Assembly: GCA_030390025.1 (NCBI GenBank)
Contig: JASTWF010000031.1
Location: 3,596,001 to 3,660,000, forward strand
Direction of reading: 5' to 3'
Length of the DNA stretch: 64,000 nucleotides
Origin: Squalus acanthias
Lineage: Eukaryota
Shown here: piece after piece, positions 62,305-64,000 of the stretch
Numbering within the stretch: position 1 is the stretch's first letter
Layout: each line of letters starts with the position of its first letter
Notes under the pieces: generated by a model
Database searches by the model: none
Told to the model about the DNA's origin: nothing
Seen by the model: the letters and a program-made list of their open reading frames with translations, nothing else
Program-made: the position numbers and the translations under genes

Positions 62305-63915
62305 ATTTTTGTTCATTCTTAGGATGTGGGCATTGCTGGCAAGGTCGGCATTTATTGCCTATTCCTTGTTGCCCTGATATAACTGAATATTTTGCTAGTC
62401 CGCTTCAGAGGGCAGTTAAGATGCAAATGTTACATGCCACTAATTAGCCTGAGGCTAGGTGTTGCCGAGGTCCTGCTGTATGCTGGAGGAGTTGTGAATA
62501 GAGCTGAACACTATAAAATTGTCAGCAAACAGCCCCATTGTTGACTTATGATGGTGAGAAGGTCACTGAAGGAAACAGCTGAGGATAGTTGGGCCTACAA
62601 TGCCGTCCTACGGAACTCCAGCAGCGACGTTCTGGAGCTGCAACGATTGATTGGCCTCGGGAAACCACGAGTGTCTTCATGTGTGTCAGATGTGACTCCA
62701 GCCACTGGAGAGTTTTCATACTGACCTCACTAATCTCGTTTTTGTAAAGGTTCCTTGGTACCATACTCAGTCAAATACTGCATTAATGTCAAGGGCAGTT
62801 ACTCTAACCTCTCCTCTGCTATTCAGCTCTTGCATCCATGCCTAGATTAAGGCTATGATGAGGTAAGGTGCTGAGTGGTTCTGGCAGAATTTCAGCTAAT
62901 CATAGGTGAGCAGGTTACTAGTGAGTTGGTGTGGCTTGATGGTACTGTTGATTACTTCTTCCATTATTTTGTAATTGATTGAGAAGTGACTGTTAGGGCA
63001 GTAATTGATTGGGTTAGATTTGTTCAGCTTTTTGTGGATAGGACATAACTGGGCGATTTTCCACATTATCCGGTAGATGCCAGTGTCATAGCTGCGCTGA
63101 AATAGCTTGGCCAGAAGAGTGGCTAGTTCTGATCCTTTGATCTTTGAAAAGATTCAAGAGGCGCACGTGGGGACCCATAACTTTTCCTGTGTTTAGTGTA
63201 CTCAACCGTTCCTTAATGTCACATGAAGTGAACCGAATTGACTGGATATTGTCATCTGTGGTTGTGGGCACTTCGGGAAGAGGCTGAGTACCTGGCACGT
63301 TTGGATGAAGTTGCTTACAAATACTTCAGCCTTGTCTCTTGAACTCACTTGCTGATCTCCATCATGGCTGTGGATGACAATGTTCGTGGAGCCTCCTCTT
63401 CTTCTTGGCTGCTTGATTCTCCACCACCATTGAAGATGTAGTAGGGCTACGGAGCTTTGCTCTGATCCGTTAGTTTTGGGACTGTTTAGCTCAATCTATA
63501 ACCTGCTGCTTTTGGTGTGTTGCATGCAGGTAGTCTTGTGTTGTACCTTCATTAGGTTAGTGCCTTATTCTAAGGTACCCATGGCGTTGTTCCTGGTGCA
63601 CCCATCTACATTCCCAATTAAAACAGGGTCGATCTCCCACCTTGATGGAGAGGTTGGAGTCAGGGATGTGTGAAGTTACAGATTGTGATGGTATACAATT
63701 CGGTTGCTGGTGTGGCCCACACCTCATGGATGAGCTAGTTATTGGTAGAACTGTCCTTAATCAGACTCAATCAACAAGGTAGTAGTACCACCCCACGATA
63801 AAGGATGCCCTCACGGTGAAAACAAGATTTCTTTTTGACATTGACTATGTTGTGTCACTCCTACCAATGCTGTTGTGGACAGCAGTGTCTGCAGCAGATA
63901 GGCTGGTGAGGACTA
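62305..63915 (-). mobile_element. Degenerate CR1/L2-group LINE ORF2
   Basis: Minus strand GEVRVTALDINAVFD*VWYQG, LQWLESHL, KSNPINYCP, IKERLSTLNTGKVMGP; many stops. Confidence 0.75.
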
Positions 63916-64000
63916 TTTGGCATTCCACTGGAAGTGCTGTTTTATGAGGTGACCTCTCCCTCCTGCCCTCTTAAAATATTCTTTGCTTCTGAGAGAACAG

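Overview
Eukaryotic, repeat-rich vertebrate DNA. The repeat complement (Deu-domain SINEs with L2 tails, CR1, L2, Tx1, Penelope, Harbinger MITEs) points to a cartilaginous fish (inference). The only host gene is the 5' part of a grainyhead-like transcription factor, best read as grhl3, on the + strand. Eight coding exons (17292-61407) join in frame into 342 codons; intron 1 is 28.5 kb and the gene continues past the window. Upstream lie a Harbinger-type transposon with a spliced Myb/SANT gene carrying two nested MITEs, and a heavily deleted 3.0 kb endogenous retrovirus-like element (4212-7249, minus strand). That element has a 5-bp TSD, a tRNA-Ser PBS, a CCHC gag and a gag-UAG-pol readthrough junction, and its 3' LTR is broken by a 151-bp inverted copy of flanking DNA. 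Other notable structures are two Penelope-type insertions with hammerhead-ribozyme cores in intron 1 and an inverted pair of L2 3' ends bracketing the 71-nt exon 3. Family assignments rest on motif recognition only; no database search was run.
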